DNA from: an uncultured Gammaproteobacteria bacterium
Lineage (GTDB): Bacteria > Patescibacteriota > Patescibacteriia > UBA9934
Length of the DNA stretch: 64,000 bases
Assembly (NCBI GenBank): GCA_964599455.1
Contig: CAZREA010000001.1
Coordinates: 199,687-263,686 of the forward strand
Direction: 5' to 3'
The notes beneath the pieces were generated by a model. It saw nothing but the letters and a program-made list of their open reading frames with translations. It was not told the origin of the DNA and ran no database searches. Every line of letters starts with the position of its first letter. Position 1 is the stretch's first letter. The position numbers and the translations under genes are program-made. Below, in pieces: positions 1 to 9,799 of this stretch.

Positions 1-47
1 ACGAGGAGGGATTCGAGAGAAGTTTTAATGAGGTCGACGAACGGTGA
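1..47 (+). CDS. 3' end of a GC-rich gene truncated by the window edge (…EEGFERSFNEVDER*)
   Basis: Open frame 3 to TGA at 45-47; C-terminus VDER* resembles VEER* of the next gene; followed by the same double-hairpin trailer. Confidence 0.55.
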   Translation, partial: EEGFERSFNEVDER

Positions 48-61
48 CGGAGATCACTCGT

Positions 62-141
62 TGCGAGCACGGAACGTTCCGTGCTCGCAGATCCATCTGC
101 ATACAGAACATATCCCCTTTTTGTTATGTGTGCAGATGGAT
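62..141 (+). terminator. Double-hairpin 3' trailer (perfect 28-bp palindrome 62-89 plus long stem 91-141)
   Basis: TGCGAGCACGGAAC|GTTCCGTGCTCGCA; ATCCATCTGCATAC…GTGTGCAGATGGAT; T-rich tail. Confidence 0.75.
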
Positions 142-220
142 TCCTTTTATCACCGACGAAAAGGTGGTAAAAGGAAACAGGTACCGAACATCCACATCCT
201 TCAACTCAAGCGAGGTAGCC

Positions 221-928
221 ATGAAGTACGGAGCATCTTCTTTCGTCGCGTTCGTGATCCTCGCGATGACCTGTGGCTGCAGGTCTGAGCAGGGATTGAC
301 GTACGAAGCGGAAGAAAGCGCGGGCGGCGTGTTCATGCCGCCGCAAGAGGACGAGCCGTACTACGAAGCGCAGAGCTGTGCGGCGATCGTCGACGAGGCG
401 GCCTGGCCGGGCATGGACTCGGAAACAGGTATGGTGGGCGTGCAGGCGCTACCCATGTACGTGTACGACGGTCCGAGCGAGATAAGTATCTCGCAGGGAG
501 ATCTCGTTGATCTTCCCATTATCGCCTCGTCGTACCTGCAGTGCGGCGATCTCACACTCACCTACAGCTTCTGGACCGTCGCGGTGATTGGCAATCCGGA
601 AGCAGATGTCGCGGATGAGGACATCGATTTGGGATCATCGCTCCAAGTCGACGACAACGTCTCCGACCACGAAACGAACGCCCAACTGCAATCACCTTCG
701 ACGACGTTCTTCTCGAGCTTCGGCCACGAGATCGAGATCGCCGCGGATGACGAAAAGGAGCTGATCTTCACCTGGTACGGCTCGAACGCCGTTTCCGCAG
801 GATCAACCATCACGCTGCTCGCCAACATCATCTCGTGGCGAGACGAAACGACCGGTGCGGAAATCGAGCTCGATACCACGCCAATGCAAAAAGGAATCAA
901 GATCATCGCGCACGTAGAGGAGCGCTGA
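221..928 (+). CDS. GC-rich cassette gene: acidic exported/putative lipoprotein ORFan
   Basis: SD GAGG before ATG 221; hydrophobic N-terminus ending LAMTCGC; C/G-ending codons. Confidence 0.75.
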   Translation: MKYGASSFVAFVILAMTCGCRSEQGLTYEAEESAGGVFMPPQEDEPYYEAQSCAAIVDEAAWPGMDSETGMVGVQALPMYVYDGPSEISISQGDLVDLPIIASSYLQCGDLTLTYSFWTVAVIGNPEADVADEDIDLGSSLQVDDNVSDHETNAQLQSPSTTFFSSFGHEIEIAADDEKELIFTWYGSNAVSAGSTITLLANIISWRDETTGAEIELDTTPMQKGIKIIAHVEER

Positions 929-945
929 CGACCTATATTCCTCGG

Positions 946-1014
946 ACCTGAACGCTGTTCAGGTACCCGTCCGTGTGTGCAACGTATTTTCTTCGTTGCA
1001 TATACAGACGGGTA
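946..1014 (+). terminator. Double-hairpin trailer with TACCCGTC…GACGGGTA outer stem
   Basis: ACCTGAAC-gct-GTTCAGGT abutting TACCCGTCcGTGTGTGCAACG…CGTTGCATATACaGACGGGTA, then TTTT. Confidence 0.75.
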
Positions 1015-1016
1015 TT

Positions 1017-1484
1017 TTATTTCTCTTCAATCACAATAGTCACTTCGTTTTCAGAAATATCTTTTAACAGCAACGTATATTTTCCTTCACGATTATTTTC
1101 TCCACTTAAGGAAATCTCTTTTGTAGGTTCACGCAAACTTAATGCAAGTGGCGTTACTATCAAACTCTCTTCATATCGGACCGAGAAACGCGCCGATAAT
1201 TCACCTGCCCAATAACACGTTGCATCTTCCGGACAACGTGAATCGTTAATTTCAGTAAGCTCTACGATAAGTGATCCCAGTTGATAAGCCTGATGCGCTT
1301 CGGTTGTAAAATGCAATTCCTCTTTAAATGCACCGGGAACAATCGTCAAAGGAATATCTCGATCAACAGGTACCTGCCTATCTCCGTTAAAGAAATACAC
1401 GCCCAAACCCGCACAAAATCCCACAACGAAAACGATTGCGATGCAAAGAAAAAGTATTTTTTGATTTTTCATAAAAGATCTCAT
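1017..1484 (-). CDS. Membrane-anchored hypothetical protein (DSRCP-x-x-A-x-C-x-WAG motif)
   Basis: N-terminal TM helix; recognisable conserved Cys motif. Confidence 0.7.
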   Translation of the reverse strand: MRSFMKNQKILFLCIAIVFVVGFCAGLGVYFFNGDRQVPVDRDIPLTIVPGAFKEELHFTTEAHQAYQLGSLIVELTEINDSRCPEDATCYWAGELSARFSVRYEESLIVTPLALSLREPTKEISLSGENNREGKYTLLLKDISENEVTIVIEEK

Positions 1485-2086
1485 TATAACGATCGACGAC
1501 GATACAACAAGAGACGATTAAAAGAATAAGTCCATTGATCGATCTGCCGAAAATGTCGATCAAAGAATGCAGGCAAGTCAAGAGAGACAAACGCATTCAA
1601 CAGACAATAGCCGTTCATATCAACAATACGAGCAATCGCATCAATCATTGTATCACTCGCAAGCGCGGAGGGCGTCACATTTCCTTTAAACAAATCAACA
1701 AGGACAAGGTCAAATGTTTCATTCATGGCGGGCACAAGAGCTATGGCATCACCTTGTAAAATAACGATAGGACGTTGGTTTGGATGAAGATGCTTATAGA
1801 TGGCAATCATTTCTGGATCCCATTCAATCACCGTCACATCACAGTGCAAAAAACGTCTTTGTATACTTTGAATTGCACATCCGCCACCAAGTCCCAGCAT
1901 CAGCACACGTTTTGCAGAGAATGATGTCGGTAAACGTTTCAGCGCCTCCTCCCACATAATCTCCACATACGCCGTCGATTGATGATAGCCGTCCACAAAA
2001 ACTTCTGTCTCTCCAAATCCGTATTTCAACACAATTTCCCCATTTTTTTCTGAAGCAATCTTTTTCTGTCCAAAAAAGGGAAACAT
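1484..2086 (-). CDS. Spermidine-synthase-like class I SAM-dependent methyltransferase
   Basis: VLMLGLGGG, VIEWDPEM, GDA, FDLVLVDLF motifs; start moved to MFPFFGQ. Confidence 0.75.
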   Translation of the reverse strand: MFPFFGQKKIASEKNGEIVLKYGFGETEVFVDGYHQSTAYVEIMWEEALKRLPTSFSAKRVLMLGLGGGCAIQSIQRRFLHCDVTVIEWDPEMIAIYKHLHPNQRPIVILQGDAIALVPAMNETFDLVLVDLFKGNVTPSALASDTMIDAIARIVDMNGYCLLNAFVSLDLPAFFDRHFRQIDQWTYSFNRLLLYRRRSL

Positions 2087-2129
2087 AGATGCTCCCACCA
2101 TACCATGACAGTCCTTTTGTACAATGTTC

Positions 2130-3086
2130 TCAGTTGATGAGTATCCACGCAAGAAATCCACCGACCGCAATCGCAAAACCGAGTACACATCCTGCAATGG
2201 TAGCTGCATAACGAGGAAACGTTTGTACCGCAGTTGCAAGAATAATCGGTGTTGAAGATTGCAAAAAGAATATCCCTAAAAGAAGAAAAAGAAATGAAGG
2301 CACAGGAAAACAGAGAAGTGACAAGAGTGCGGTGATACCAATGATATGCCATGAACCAAAACGATCGGCTGCGTAACCACCAACCAATTTACCTAATCCT
2401 GCAACGATACCAAATGCGAGAATCACATCGATATTTGCCGCTGTGGCACCATAAATAGTCCAGATTGTCGAACGTAGTGCAACGATGATGAGAAGAAAAA
2501 TGAGGACGAGGGTGTACCGCTCGTGCAGCACGTCCTCAAGATCGCTTTCCTTCCTCACGTCAGGACAAGCGGCAACATTCGGAACGTCAAGTTGCCTCGC
2601 AATGACGAAGAGCACGATCACAGTAATGCTCACCGCACCAAGCAACCAAGGCGCCATCGCCCACCCCAACATGCCCGCAACCATCCCAAACGACAAACCC
2701 ATCACGCCCGGTGCAGTAAAAATGGCGGCACCTATACTTTTTTGCGGCGTGGCTAAACTCGCCACCGCTCCGGCACCTACATGGAAAAATCCGGATCCTA
2801 CAGCGATGATCATAAAACCGATCATCGGAAAAAAGAAAAAAACAAAAAAGCCGATAGCAACCAGAAAGATTCCAATAGCTGCCGCAAGCATCGGCCTTGC
2901 CCATCGATCAACGATATATCCAAACAATGGTTGCAACGCAAAAGTAATAACGTTATAGAGCAAAATGACACCACCAATCCGCAACAACCCTACTGATCCG
3001 ACTAAAGACGCAGCGGTAAAACCACTAATCGCATCAGCTACGGCATGTGCGAATCCTAAAGCGAGAACAATTCGCCAAGAAGACAT
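2130..3086 (-). CDS. MFS transporter
   Basis: Many TM helices; GYIVDRW and GGYAADRFG loop motifs. Confidence 0.8.
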   Translation of the reverse strand: MSSWRIVLALGFAHAVADAISGFTAASLVGSVGLLRIGGVILLYNVITFALQPLFGYIVDRWARPMLAAAIGIFLVAIGFFVFFFFPMIGFMIIAVGSGFFHVGAGAVASLATPQKSIGAAIFTAPGVMGLSFGMVAGMLGWAMAPWLLGAVSITVIVLFVIARQLDVPNVAACPDVRKESDLEDVLHERYTLVLIFLLIIVALRSTIWTIYGATAANIDVILAFGIVAGLGKLVGGYAADRFGSWHIIGITALLSLLCFPVPSFLFLLLGIFFLQSSTPIILATAVQTFPRYAATIAGCVLGFAIAVGGFLAWILIN

Positions 3087-3087
3087 A

Positions 3088-3402
3088 TTAAAAAAGAAAA
3101 AGTCCGATGAGTGCACTCGTCATATTCGCCAATACCAGGGCAGCAAAGACGCGTGTTCGTTTTTTTGGAAAGAACATCATAAACACCAACGCTTCAAAAA
3201 GCGTGACGATGATCTCGGTCGGCAACCAGCCGATCCGTTCCAAAATGAGATACCACGCCAACGGATGCGTGACTAAATTTATACAAACAACGAGATACGC
3301 AATACGCCACCATGACAGCTGCAACGCCTTTCGAGCAATCAGCAAAATGATCGGTAATTCAATAACGATCGTGAGAAGCAAAAATCTTATTTCTTCTTCC
3401 AT
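3088..3402 (-). CDS. Small integral membrane protein
   Basis: Four hydrophobic segments; INLVTHP and ANMTS motifs. Confidence 0.65.
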   Translation of the reverse strand: MEEEIRFLLLTIVIELPIILLIARKALQLSWWRIAYLVVCINLVTHPLAWYLILERIGWLPTEIIVTLFEALVFMMFFPKKRTRVFAALVLANMTSALIGLFLF

Positions 3403-3566
3403 ACCACATATCCGATAATCAATCCCACAAGACCAAGCAATACAATCCCCGCAGCAATATTCCAGTTCATCCCACGAGGACTAACGTCATAAGGATAGAG
3501 TGCATCGGCATACACAGCAATCGGCGCGAGCAATCCAAACAAAAAGGCAACGTGATACGATTTCAT
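3387..3566 (-). CDS. Mini-protein: signal peptide + ~14-aa mature region + C-terminal TM + KKK
   Basis: MKSYH…AVYA|DALYP…; TM; basic tail; overlaps next gene. Confidence 0.55.
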   Translation of the reverse strand: MKSYHVAFLFGLLAPIAVYADALYPYDVSPRGMNWNIAAGIVLLGLVGLIIGYVVWKKK

Positions 3567-3649
3567 ATAGAAACAGAATAGCATATATGTATTCTTTTCT
3601 CTTCATATCTCTTCCTTGCTTTTGTTCGCAAATTTTGTTATAAAAATCT

Positions 3650-3916
3650 ATGTTTTCTCTTTTCAAGAAAAAAGAACAAAAAATACTCTCTCTGCCAAAA
3701 ATCGGTGACGAGCTTTACATCCCACCAGAACGATATATTGATTTCAATCCTGCTGAACGAGAAGGAGGATTAGCAAAAGTTATCGAAGTGGATGCGGAAC
3801 AGGATCGCATTGTTTTTGCAGAGTTTGGAGAATTTTCGTTACGAAAGTTTCAAGAGCAACAAGAGAAACTTGAGAAACGATTCAGTAAGCAACGAGCTCG
3901 ATTCCTTCGGCAATAA
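3650..3916 (+). CDS. Hypothetical protein
   Basis: ORF with native codon usage; -10 TATAAA just upstream. Confidence 0.65.
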   Translation: MFSLFKKKEQKILSLPKIGDELYIPPERYIDFNPAEREGGLAKVIEVDAEQDRIVFAEFGEFSLRKFQEQQEKLEKRFSKQRARFLRQ

Positions 3917-3932
3917 CTTCTACTCTCGCAGC

Positions 3933-3961
3933 TTGTAAAAAAGATGCTTCTTTGATAGGTT
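3933..3961 (+). promoter_or_regulatory. Cassette-type sigma70 promoter
   Basis: TTGTAA-17nt(AAAAGATGCTTCTTTGA)-TAGGTT. Confidence 0.55.
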
Positions 3962-4004
3962 ATTTTCTCACTCCGATGAAACCGTCTACGGAAAGGAATA
4001 TCGC

Positions 4005-4313
4005 ATGATCCCCCTGCTTGCATCCCTGTTCATCACAATCGTGTTTATCACTTTCATTGTTCCCTATCTCGAAAGACAACCGACACCGTGGTCGACTCTG
4101 GGATTGGAAGCGGCTAAATATGGATGGGCAGCCTTCTTCCTTTTCATCTTCTCCCTCTCCGTTCTAACTTCGTTCGAGGCGGGTCACATCTGGTTTTATA
4201 GGTTCATGATGTTCGTTCTAGCCTGTCTCGTCGCCTTCCCTCTGACATTGGCTATTCTGAATCTCAGTGAGGCCATCACGAGACACAGAAAAATGAGAAG
4301 GTTCCGCCCCTGA
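4005..4313 (+). CDS. Cassette gene: 3-TM membrane ORFan
   Basis: SD AAGGA; TTC/ATC codon bias; own promoter and trailer. Confidence 0.7.
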   Translation: MIPLLASLFITIVFITFIVPYLERQPTPWSTLGLEAAKYGWAAFFLFIFSLSVLTSFEAGHIWFYRFMMFVLACLVAFPLTLAILNLSEAITRHRKMRRFRP

Positions 4314-4326
4314 CTCCGCTCCGCGT

Positions 4327-4395
4327 CCCGAGTCTCACTGGCTCGGGTACCCGTCTGTTATTCGCATCATCAGTCATGCGAACAACAGACGGATA
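4327..4395 (+). terminator. Double-hairpin trailer (TACCCGTCTG…CAGACGGATA)
   Basis: CCCGAGTC-tcact-GGCTCGGG abutting a long stem; same outer stem as 964-1014. Confidence 0.7.
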
Positions 4396-4441
4396 CACTC
4401 ACAAATCCTTTTCTTTTCAAACATGCTATCGTAAAAAGGAT

Positions 4442-5077
4442 ATGACCCTAGAAGACCAAATCGTCGCGCATCTTCGCGAAATGTATCAGCCTGTTGCGAT
4501 TATCTTGCATGGCTCCCGTGCACGTGGTTCTGCGCGAGAGAATAGCGATTGGGATCTGTATGTTTTTGCTCAAGAGAAAGGTGTTGTGGGAAAAACAAAA
4601 AAATTCATGGATCACTATTTAGACGTTGCGGTCTTCTCTCTTCCTTTCGAACAATACGATCTTCTGAAAACTTTTCGCACAACATTACGTTACACCAAAA
4701 TTCTTTTTGATAAACAGAACATCGCTCAAGATTTCATCCAAAAAGCTCAAGAGATCTACGCTCTTGGAAATATCTTGTCCGATCAAGAGATCACCAATCG
4801 TCAGCAACGTTTTGCGCGTGTACTTTCACGACTTGAAGGTACGATAGATGATCCCCTTCTTTTCTTTTATCACGCAGGACTCTTTTTTGAAGCAGTCATT
4901 CGTTATTGGTTTGAAGTACAAAAAGAATGGTCTGAACCGCCCTACATCGCCTTGCCACTTATCGAGCAACGCGATCCGGCGTATTATCAACTTCTCAAAA
5001 CGATCGCAACTGATCAAAATCCAAAGCAACGCCTAGATGCGTATCGAGAAATCTCCAAAAAGCTTTTTGACAAATAA
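4442..5077 (+). CDS. Nucleotidyltransferase (Pol-beta superfamily) with C-terminal helical domain
   Basis: IILHGSRARG…SDWDL motif. Confidence 0.8.
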   Translation: MTLEDQIVAHLREMYQPVAIILHGSRARGSARENSDWDLYVFAQEKGVVGKTKKFMDHYLDVAVFSLPFEQYDLLKTFRTTLRYTKILFDKQNIAQDFIQKAQEIYALGNILSDQEITNRQQRFARVLSRLEGTIDDPLLFFYHAGLFFEAVIRYWFEVQKEWSEPPYIALPLIEQRDPAYYQLLKTIATDQNPKQRLDAYREISKKLFDK

Positions 5078-5102
5078 TACTCTATAAAACAATGTAACAA
5101 AT

Positions 5103-5792
5103 ATGAAAAAATCCCTCTATCTTCTTCTCTTTCTTATCCTCGGCATCATCCTCGCTGGTTTACTGCTCTTTTGTTTTTATACGTCACCAGCAACAGAGGA
5201 CGCATGCAAGAATGACGAGAATCCTTCGGAATGTTATGTCGCCGAAGCACTTGCACAAGAAGATCCGCGTATCTGCAATCGCGCGGGAGCGGCATATGAT
5301 GACATGTGCATGCAGCGATATTATCAAGCCCATACCAATGCTGACGTATGCAGAACCATTCCTAAAAGAGGTATTCGTGAGCACTGTGAAAAGCATTTTG
5401 CAGGTCTCCTTGATTCATCCGAGGAAGAGCCCGAACACGAGAACTCTTCTGCAGATGAAGAAATCACCACGACAGACGATATTGTCGTTACTTCTCCCAC
5501 ACGCAATGCAATCGTTGCCTCACCACTCACCATCGCTGGTAAAGCCAAAGGCACCTGGTTTTTTGAAGCCTCTTTCCCTATCGTTCTTTTGGATGCCGAC
5601 GGCAATGTACTCGTGGAAAGTCATGCCACCGCTCTTGATGATTGGATGACCGAAGATTTTGTTCCCTTTAAAGCTGCGCTTTTGTTTGCTACTCCTGCAG
5701 CAGGCACAACCGGCACATTGGTTCTCAAAAAGGATAATCCTTCCGGTCTTCCCGAACACGATGCGTCGATTGAGATTCCGGTGAAATTCTAA
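5103..5792 (+). CDS. Surface protein with Cys-rich region and C-terminal Gmad2 Ig-like domain
   Basis: N-terminal TM; G-x-A-x-G-x-WFFEASFP…KDNPSGLPE. Confidence 0.8.
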   Translation: MKKSLYLLLFLILGIILAGLLLFCFYTSPATEDACKNDENPSECYVAEALAQEDPRICNRAGAAYDDMCMQRYYQAHTNADVCRTIPKRGIREHCEKHFAGLLDSSEEEPEHENSSADEEITTTDDIVVTSPTRNAIVASPLTIAGKAKGTWFFEASFPIVLLDADGNVLVESHATALDDWMTEDFVPFKAALLFATPAAGTTGTLVLKKDNPSGLPEHDASIEIPVKF

Positions 5793-5812
5793 GAAGGTTA
5801 AGGTAGTGAAGT

Positions 5813-6712
5813 ATGAACGCAATAACAATGACAAATCTCGAAAAACGTTACGCAACAGGTACGCACGCGCTCAAAGATGTCTCGTTCACGATTCCCGTCG
5901 GCAGCATGACTGCGCTTCTTGGCGCCAATGGTGCAGGCAAAACCACGCTTATCGGAATACTCACAGGACTTATCAAAAAAACGGGTGGGAGTGCACACAT
6001 TCTTGGCAAAGATATTGAACAGTCGCCAGAAGCAGCGCGTTCGCTTATTGGTGTTGTACCGCAAGAATTCAATTTCAGCATTTTTGAAAAAGTGCTCGAT
6101 ATCGTTGTTGATCAAGGAGGGTATTACGGTGTTTCGCGAGCAATCGCACGAAAACGCGCCGAAAAACTCTTGCAGGCGCTTGGGCTTTGGGAAAAACGTG
6201 ATGCGATTGCGCGTACCTTATCCGGTGGCATGAAGCGTCGACTCATGATTGCGCGGGCCCTTATTCATGAACCGAAAATCTTATTACTTGATGAACCGTC
6301 AGCAGGCGTTGATGTTGAATTGCGTCGAGGCATGTGGGATTTTATTCGCACCATGCACACCAAAGGAACAACCATTCTTTTAACTACCCACTATCTTGAA
6401 GAAGCTGAGCAGCTGTGCGATAACATTGTTATTTTGAAGCAAGGTGAGGTCATCCGCACCGGCACGGTCAGCGAACTCTTGCAAGGATTAACCGAGCAAT
6501 CGTTTTTTCTCTCGGTACGCGGAGGGAATCTTGCAAGCATCGACAACTATCGCATCGTCAAGAAAGATGAAGCGAGTGCCGATGTCACCCTTTTGCCCGG
6601 ACAAACCGTTACCGATCTCGCACGTGACTTGGCCGAACACGGCATCACCATTATCGACATCCGCCCAAAAACAAATCGACTTGAAGAAGTATTTTTGGAG
6701 GTTTCTAGTTAG
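5813..6712 (+). CDS. ABC transporter ATP-binding protein (YadG-like)
   Basis: GANGAGKTT, LSGGMKRR, LLLDEP. Confidence 0.92.
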   Translation: MNAITMTNLEKRYATGTHALKDVSFTIPVGSMTALLGANGAGKTTLIGILTGLIKKTGGSAHILGKDIEQSPEAARSLIGVVPQEFNFSIFEKVLDIVVDQGGYYGVSRAIARKRAEKLLQALGLWEKRDAIARTLSGGMKRRLMIARALIHEPKILLLDEPSAGVDVELRRGMWDFIRTMHTKGTTILLTTHYLEEAEQLCDNIVILKQGEVIRTGTVSELLQGLTEQSFFLSVRGGNLASIDNYRIVKKDEASADVTLLPGQTVTDLARDLAEHGITIIDIRPKTNRLEEVFLEVSS

Positions 6713-6724
6713 TGAAAATTATTT

Positions 6725-7486
6725 ATGTTCTCCACCGCCCTCCTTACCATCACCCGCAAAGAAATCAGCCGCATTTTCCGCATCTCCACCCAAACACTGC
6801 TGCCGCCGGTGATTACGCAATCACTCTATTTTGTCGTGTTCGGCAATTTGCTTGGCGCACATATTGGCGTTGTGGGCGGGTTAACCTATGCAGGCTTTTT
6901 AGTGCCGGGATTGGTGCTCATGGCCGTGGTGACGAATGCATTTTCGAATGTAGCCAGCTCTTTCTTTAGCGCAAAGTTTCAAAAAAGCATCGAGGAAATT
7001 CTCGTCGCACCAGTCTCTCCCGGCGTGATCATCGCTGGCTTTTGTTCAGGTGGCATTGTTCGCTCACTACTTGTAGGAATTATCGTCTTTATCATTTCGA
7101 TGTTTTTTGTCGTACCGGTCATCATGCATGTGTGGGCAATCGTTTTCTTCGGACTTATGACCGCCCTCGCCTTTTCGCTCATGGGATTTCTTAATGGACT
7201 CTTTGCCAAAAAATTTGATGACATCGGCATTATCCCCACATTCGTTCTTACTCCTCTTACGTATCTTGGCGGAGTTTTTTATGATATCAACCAGTTGCCG
7301 GGTATCTGGAAAATCATCAGCTATCTCAATCCCATCGCGTACGCCATTGATGGTTTCCGCTACGGCTTTTCTGGCACTGCTCATACGCCGGTCATTATCA
7401 GCGCAGTCACCCTCACGATAATCACCCTCGTTCTCACCGGTATCGCTTTAACACTCGTACGTCGAGGTGTAGGATTAAAAACATAA
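6725..7486 (+). CDS. ABC-2 permease (YadH-like)
   Basis: QTLLPPVIT, LTYLGGVFY, NPIAYAIDGFRYG. Confidence 0.9.
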   Translation: MFSTALLTITRKEISRIFRISTQTLLPPVITQSLYFVVFGNLLGAHIGVVGGLTYAGFLVPGLVLMAVVTNAFSNVASSFFSAKFQKSIEEILVAPVSPGVIIAGFCSGGIVRSLLVGIIVFIISMFFVVPVIMHVWAIVFFGLMTALAFSLMGFLNGLFAKKFDDIGIIPTFVLTPLTYLGGVFYDINQLPGIWKIISYLNPIAYAIDGFRYGFSGTAHTPVIISAVTLTIITLVLTGIALTLVRRGVGLKT

Positions 7487-7559
7487 ACACCACCTATGAA
7501 AGTATGGAAATCTTGCCGAGCATCATGATAGTCATCAACACACATCGTCAACAGAAAAA

Positions 7560-7991
7560 ATGCTGCGAAGAAATGAAGCTCGTATGCGAGAGGAATACGA
7601 TCACCTTGGCAGCGAGTACGAAAATCGAAATTTATCCGATCATGAACAACGGCAATTCGTTATCTATTCCGTCATCTTCAGCGAACGTCATTTTAACGCA
7701 CGGCTTTTAGATGACATTGTCGATCAACTCCCCACAGAAAACATCTCCTCTGAAACACTCTTTTCACTCCCTCTTGATTCAACAACGCTCATTACTTCTA
7801 TCGAAAGTTTGAACAGCAAAACCAAAAAGACCCGATCTTCCACTGCGCCATACAAAATCCTGCACTATGCTCCGGTACACTGTACCGACGGACGCATCGT
7901 CCAAATCACCGGCCATCTTTTCCAGAAAGACCAGACGAGTATTTTCTTCACCGCGAAATACATGACCGATCCTAAAAAATACGATTCCTAG
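7560..7991 (+). CDS. Hypothetical protein (possible 1-nt frameshift just after ATG 7496)
   Basis: 143-aa ORF; frame is open back to 7500. Confidence 0.55.
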   Translation: MLRRNEARMREEYDHLGSEYENRNLSDHEQRQFVIYSVIFSERHFNARLLDDIVDQLPTENISSETLFSLPLDSTTLITSIESLNSKTKKTRSSTAPYKILHYAPVHCTDGRIVQITGHLFQKDQTSIFFTAKYMTDPKKYDS

Positions 7992-8000
7992 TAAACAGAT

Positions 8001-8036
8001 AAAAAATCTCCCTCATGATTCAGAGGGAGATTTTTT
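8001..8036. terminator. Bidirectional intrinsic terminator
   Basis: AAAAAATCTCCCTC…GAGGGAGATTTTTT between convergent genes. Confidence 0.8.
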
Positions 8037-8038
8037 AT

Positions 8039-9231
8039 TTAGATACGAGCCTCGGCCAAACCTTGCATCATTTCAATTTTCTGGCGCGCTTCGTGCCAGG
8101 GGGTGAGCGCTTCCACGATTATGGCATCATACTTTTCTGCTGTTTTTTCGTATGCCTTTTTCACCAGTTCGATTTCTGTACGCCATGCCACCTAGCCTTC
8201 TTCAGCAAGCGCTTCGGGGCCTTCGGTAAGGGCTTCATGACGTTGTTCCATTTTTTTCAGTTGCTCTTCAAGCTCTCGTAATTTTGCCCGATATTTTTCT
8301 TCTGCTACCTCCGCTGCGGCCAATCCCACACGCGCAACCTGCTCATCAAATGTACGAACCGTTTCCACTAAAGAAACTTGACTCGTCTCAACCCGCTCCG
8401 AGCTTTTTTGCATAATCGTCTCGGAAGTAAAACCCCACATTCCTCCAGAAAATTGCTCAATAAAACGAGAAAAGTTAGCCAATTGATCGTACGTGCCATT
8501 GTCAAATGCTCTCATTTCACTCAATTCCCGCGCACATTGACGCTCATTACTATTTTTGGCTTTTAACAACACTCCTCCTAAGCCAAGAACGTCAGGAATC
8601 CCCTGTATGCGCATGCGCTCTGCATACTCTTTGGCAAGCCCTGCATTGAGACTCAATCTGCCTGGCGAATTAGGATCAAGTACGGGACGTGATTCGTTGG
8701 TTGTTGAGATTCTTCTTCTAACTTTTTTGCAGTCTCTCGGAAAAACATCGTAGCCTCAACGGAATCCTCGCAGAAAAGTGAGACAAATTGGAGAGGAGTA
8801 ATATTTGAAATATCTTTTTCTATACCGGCTTTTTCTTCTTGAGCAAGAAAGGCGAGTACATCAGCAATTTTCTCTGGTCCAAATTTCGCCAAGAGTTCTG
8901 CTCCAAAAAAATCACGCACAAAAAACTGCATCGCCCAGCGTTCACTTCGCCGACGATTTACTTCATACGCTTCACGCTTTGCCTTTTCGGCAAACCATTC
9001 TGGAGAACCGACAATGGATTCTTTTTCAACTTTCTCAGTCACCGCATCTTCTTCCTCATCAAGGAAGGGAGAAATATTCTCTTCAGGTATTTCTTCAAGT
9101 TCGTCTTCTCCTGCGACAGGCGAGGTTTCTTCATTCATGACCATGGGAATCTCGCTGCTGGTGGTGGAGGGATTTGACCTCCCTCGCGCTCCATCGATAA
9201 CTCCCGGTAATCCAAATCGTGCTTTTGCCAT
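8039..9231 (-). pseudogene. One long coiled-coil/acidic gene split by a frameshift (~8700-8728) and an in-frame TAG (8192-8194)
   Basis: -1 frame open from 8728 into ORF 8656; after the TAG the frame runs 50 more codons to TAA 8039 next to the terminator. Confidence 0.55.
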
Positions 9232-9300
9232 ACAAATAATCAATGAATATATGGGGGCGTCGTAGCAGGAATTGAAATGTGTGACTGAAAAATATCCCCA

Positions 9301-9675
9301 TCACTCTTCTAAACCCAATGCATCACGTGGCTGCGCATCTTCATGTTCTTTTGCAGCAAGCAGATGGTCAGGATTATTGCGTAAAGGACCGTTCTTTCGG
9401 TTTTCTATTTCACGCAATGCTCTGCGCAATTGCTTCCGCTCTTTTTTACGACGAGCAATCTCCTCTTTAATTTTCCAAAAAAGCACATCCGCAGAAGGTC
9501 CTTTGATATTCTCATTCCAAAGCAACTGACGAATACGTTGATCGTACGATTTTTCCGGTACCTTGAGACGCTCGATCTGGTCGGCGTAGGCATTGACTTT
9601 TCGCTGCTGCTCAGATTGTTCAGGAATACGTTCTTCACCAGCAGAACGAAAACCTTCAGGCATTTTTCTAATCAC
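9301..9675 (-). CDS. Hypothetical charged protein
   Basis: ORF, native codon usage. Confidence 0.6.
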   Translation of the reverse strand: MIRKMPEGFRSAGEERIPEQSEQQRKVNAYADQIERLKVPEKSYDQRIRQLLWNENIKGPSADVLFWKIKEEIARRKKERKQLRRALREIENRKNGPLRNNPDHLLAAKEHEDAQPRDALGLEE

Positions 9676-9799
9676 ATGATGACATTAAGGATAGTGTAAA
9701 AAGATATCTGCATTTTACCAGCATCTTTCTGAAAAAACAGGAGCTGTTCATAACTTCTTTTCATGAGTAAAATGTTTCTATACCTATCTAAAATTTACT

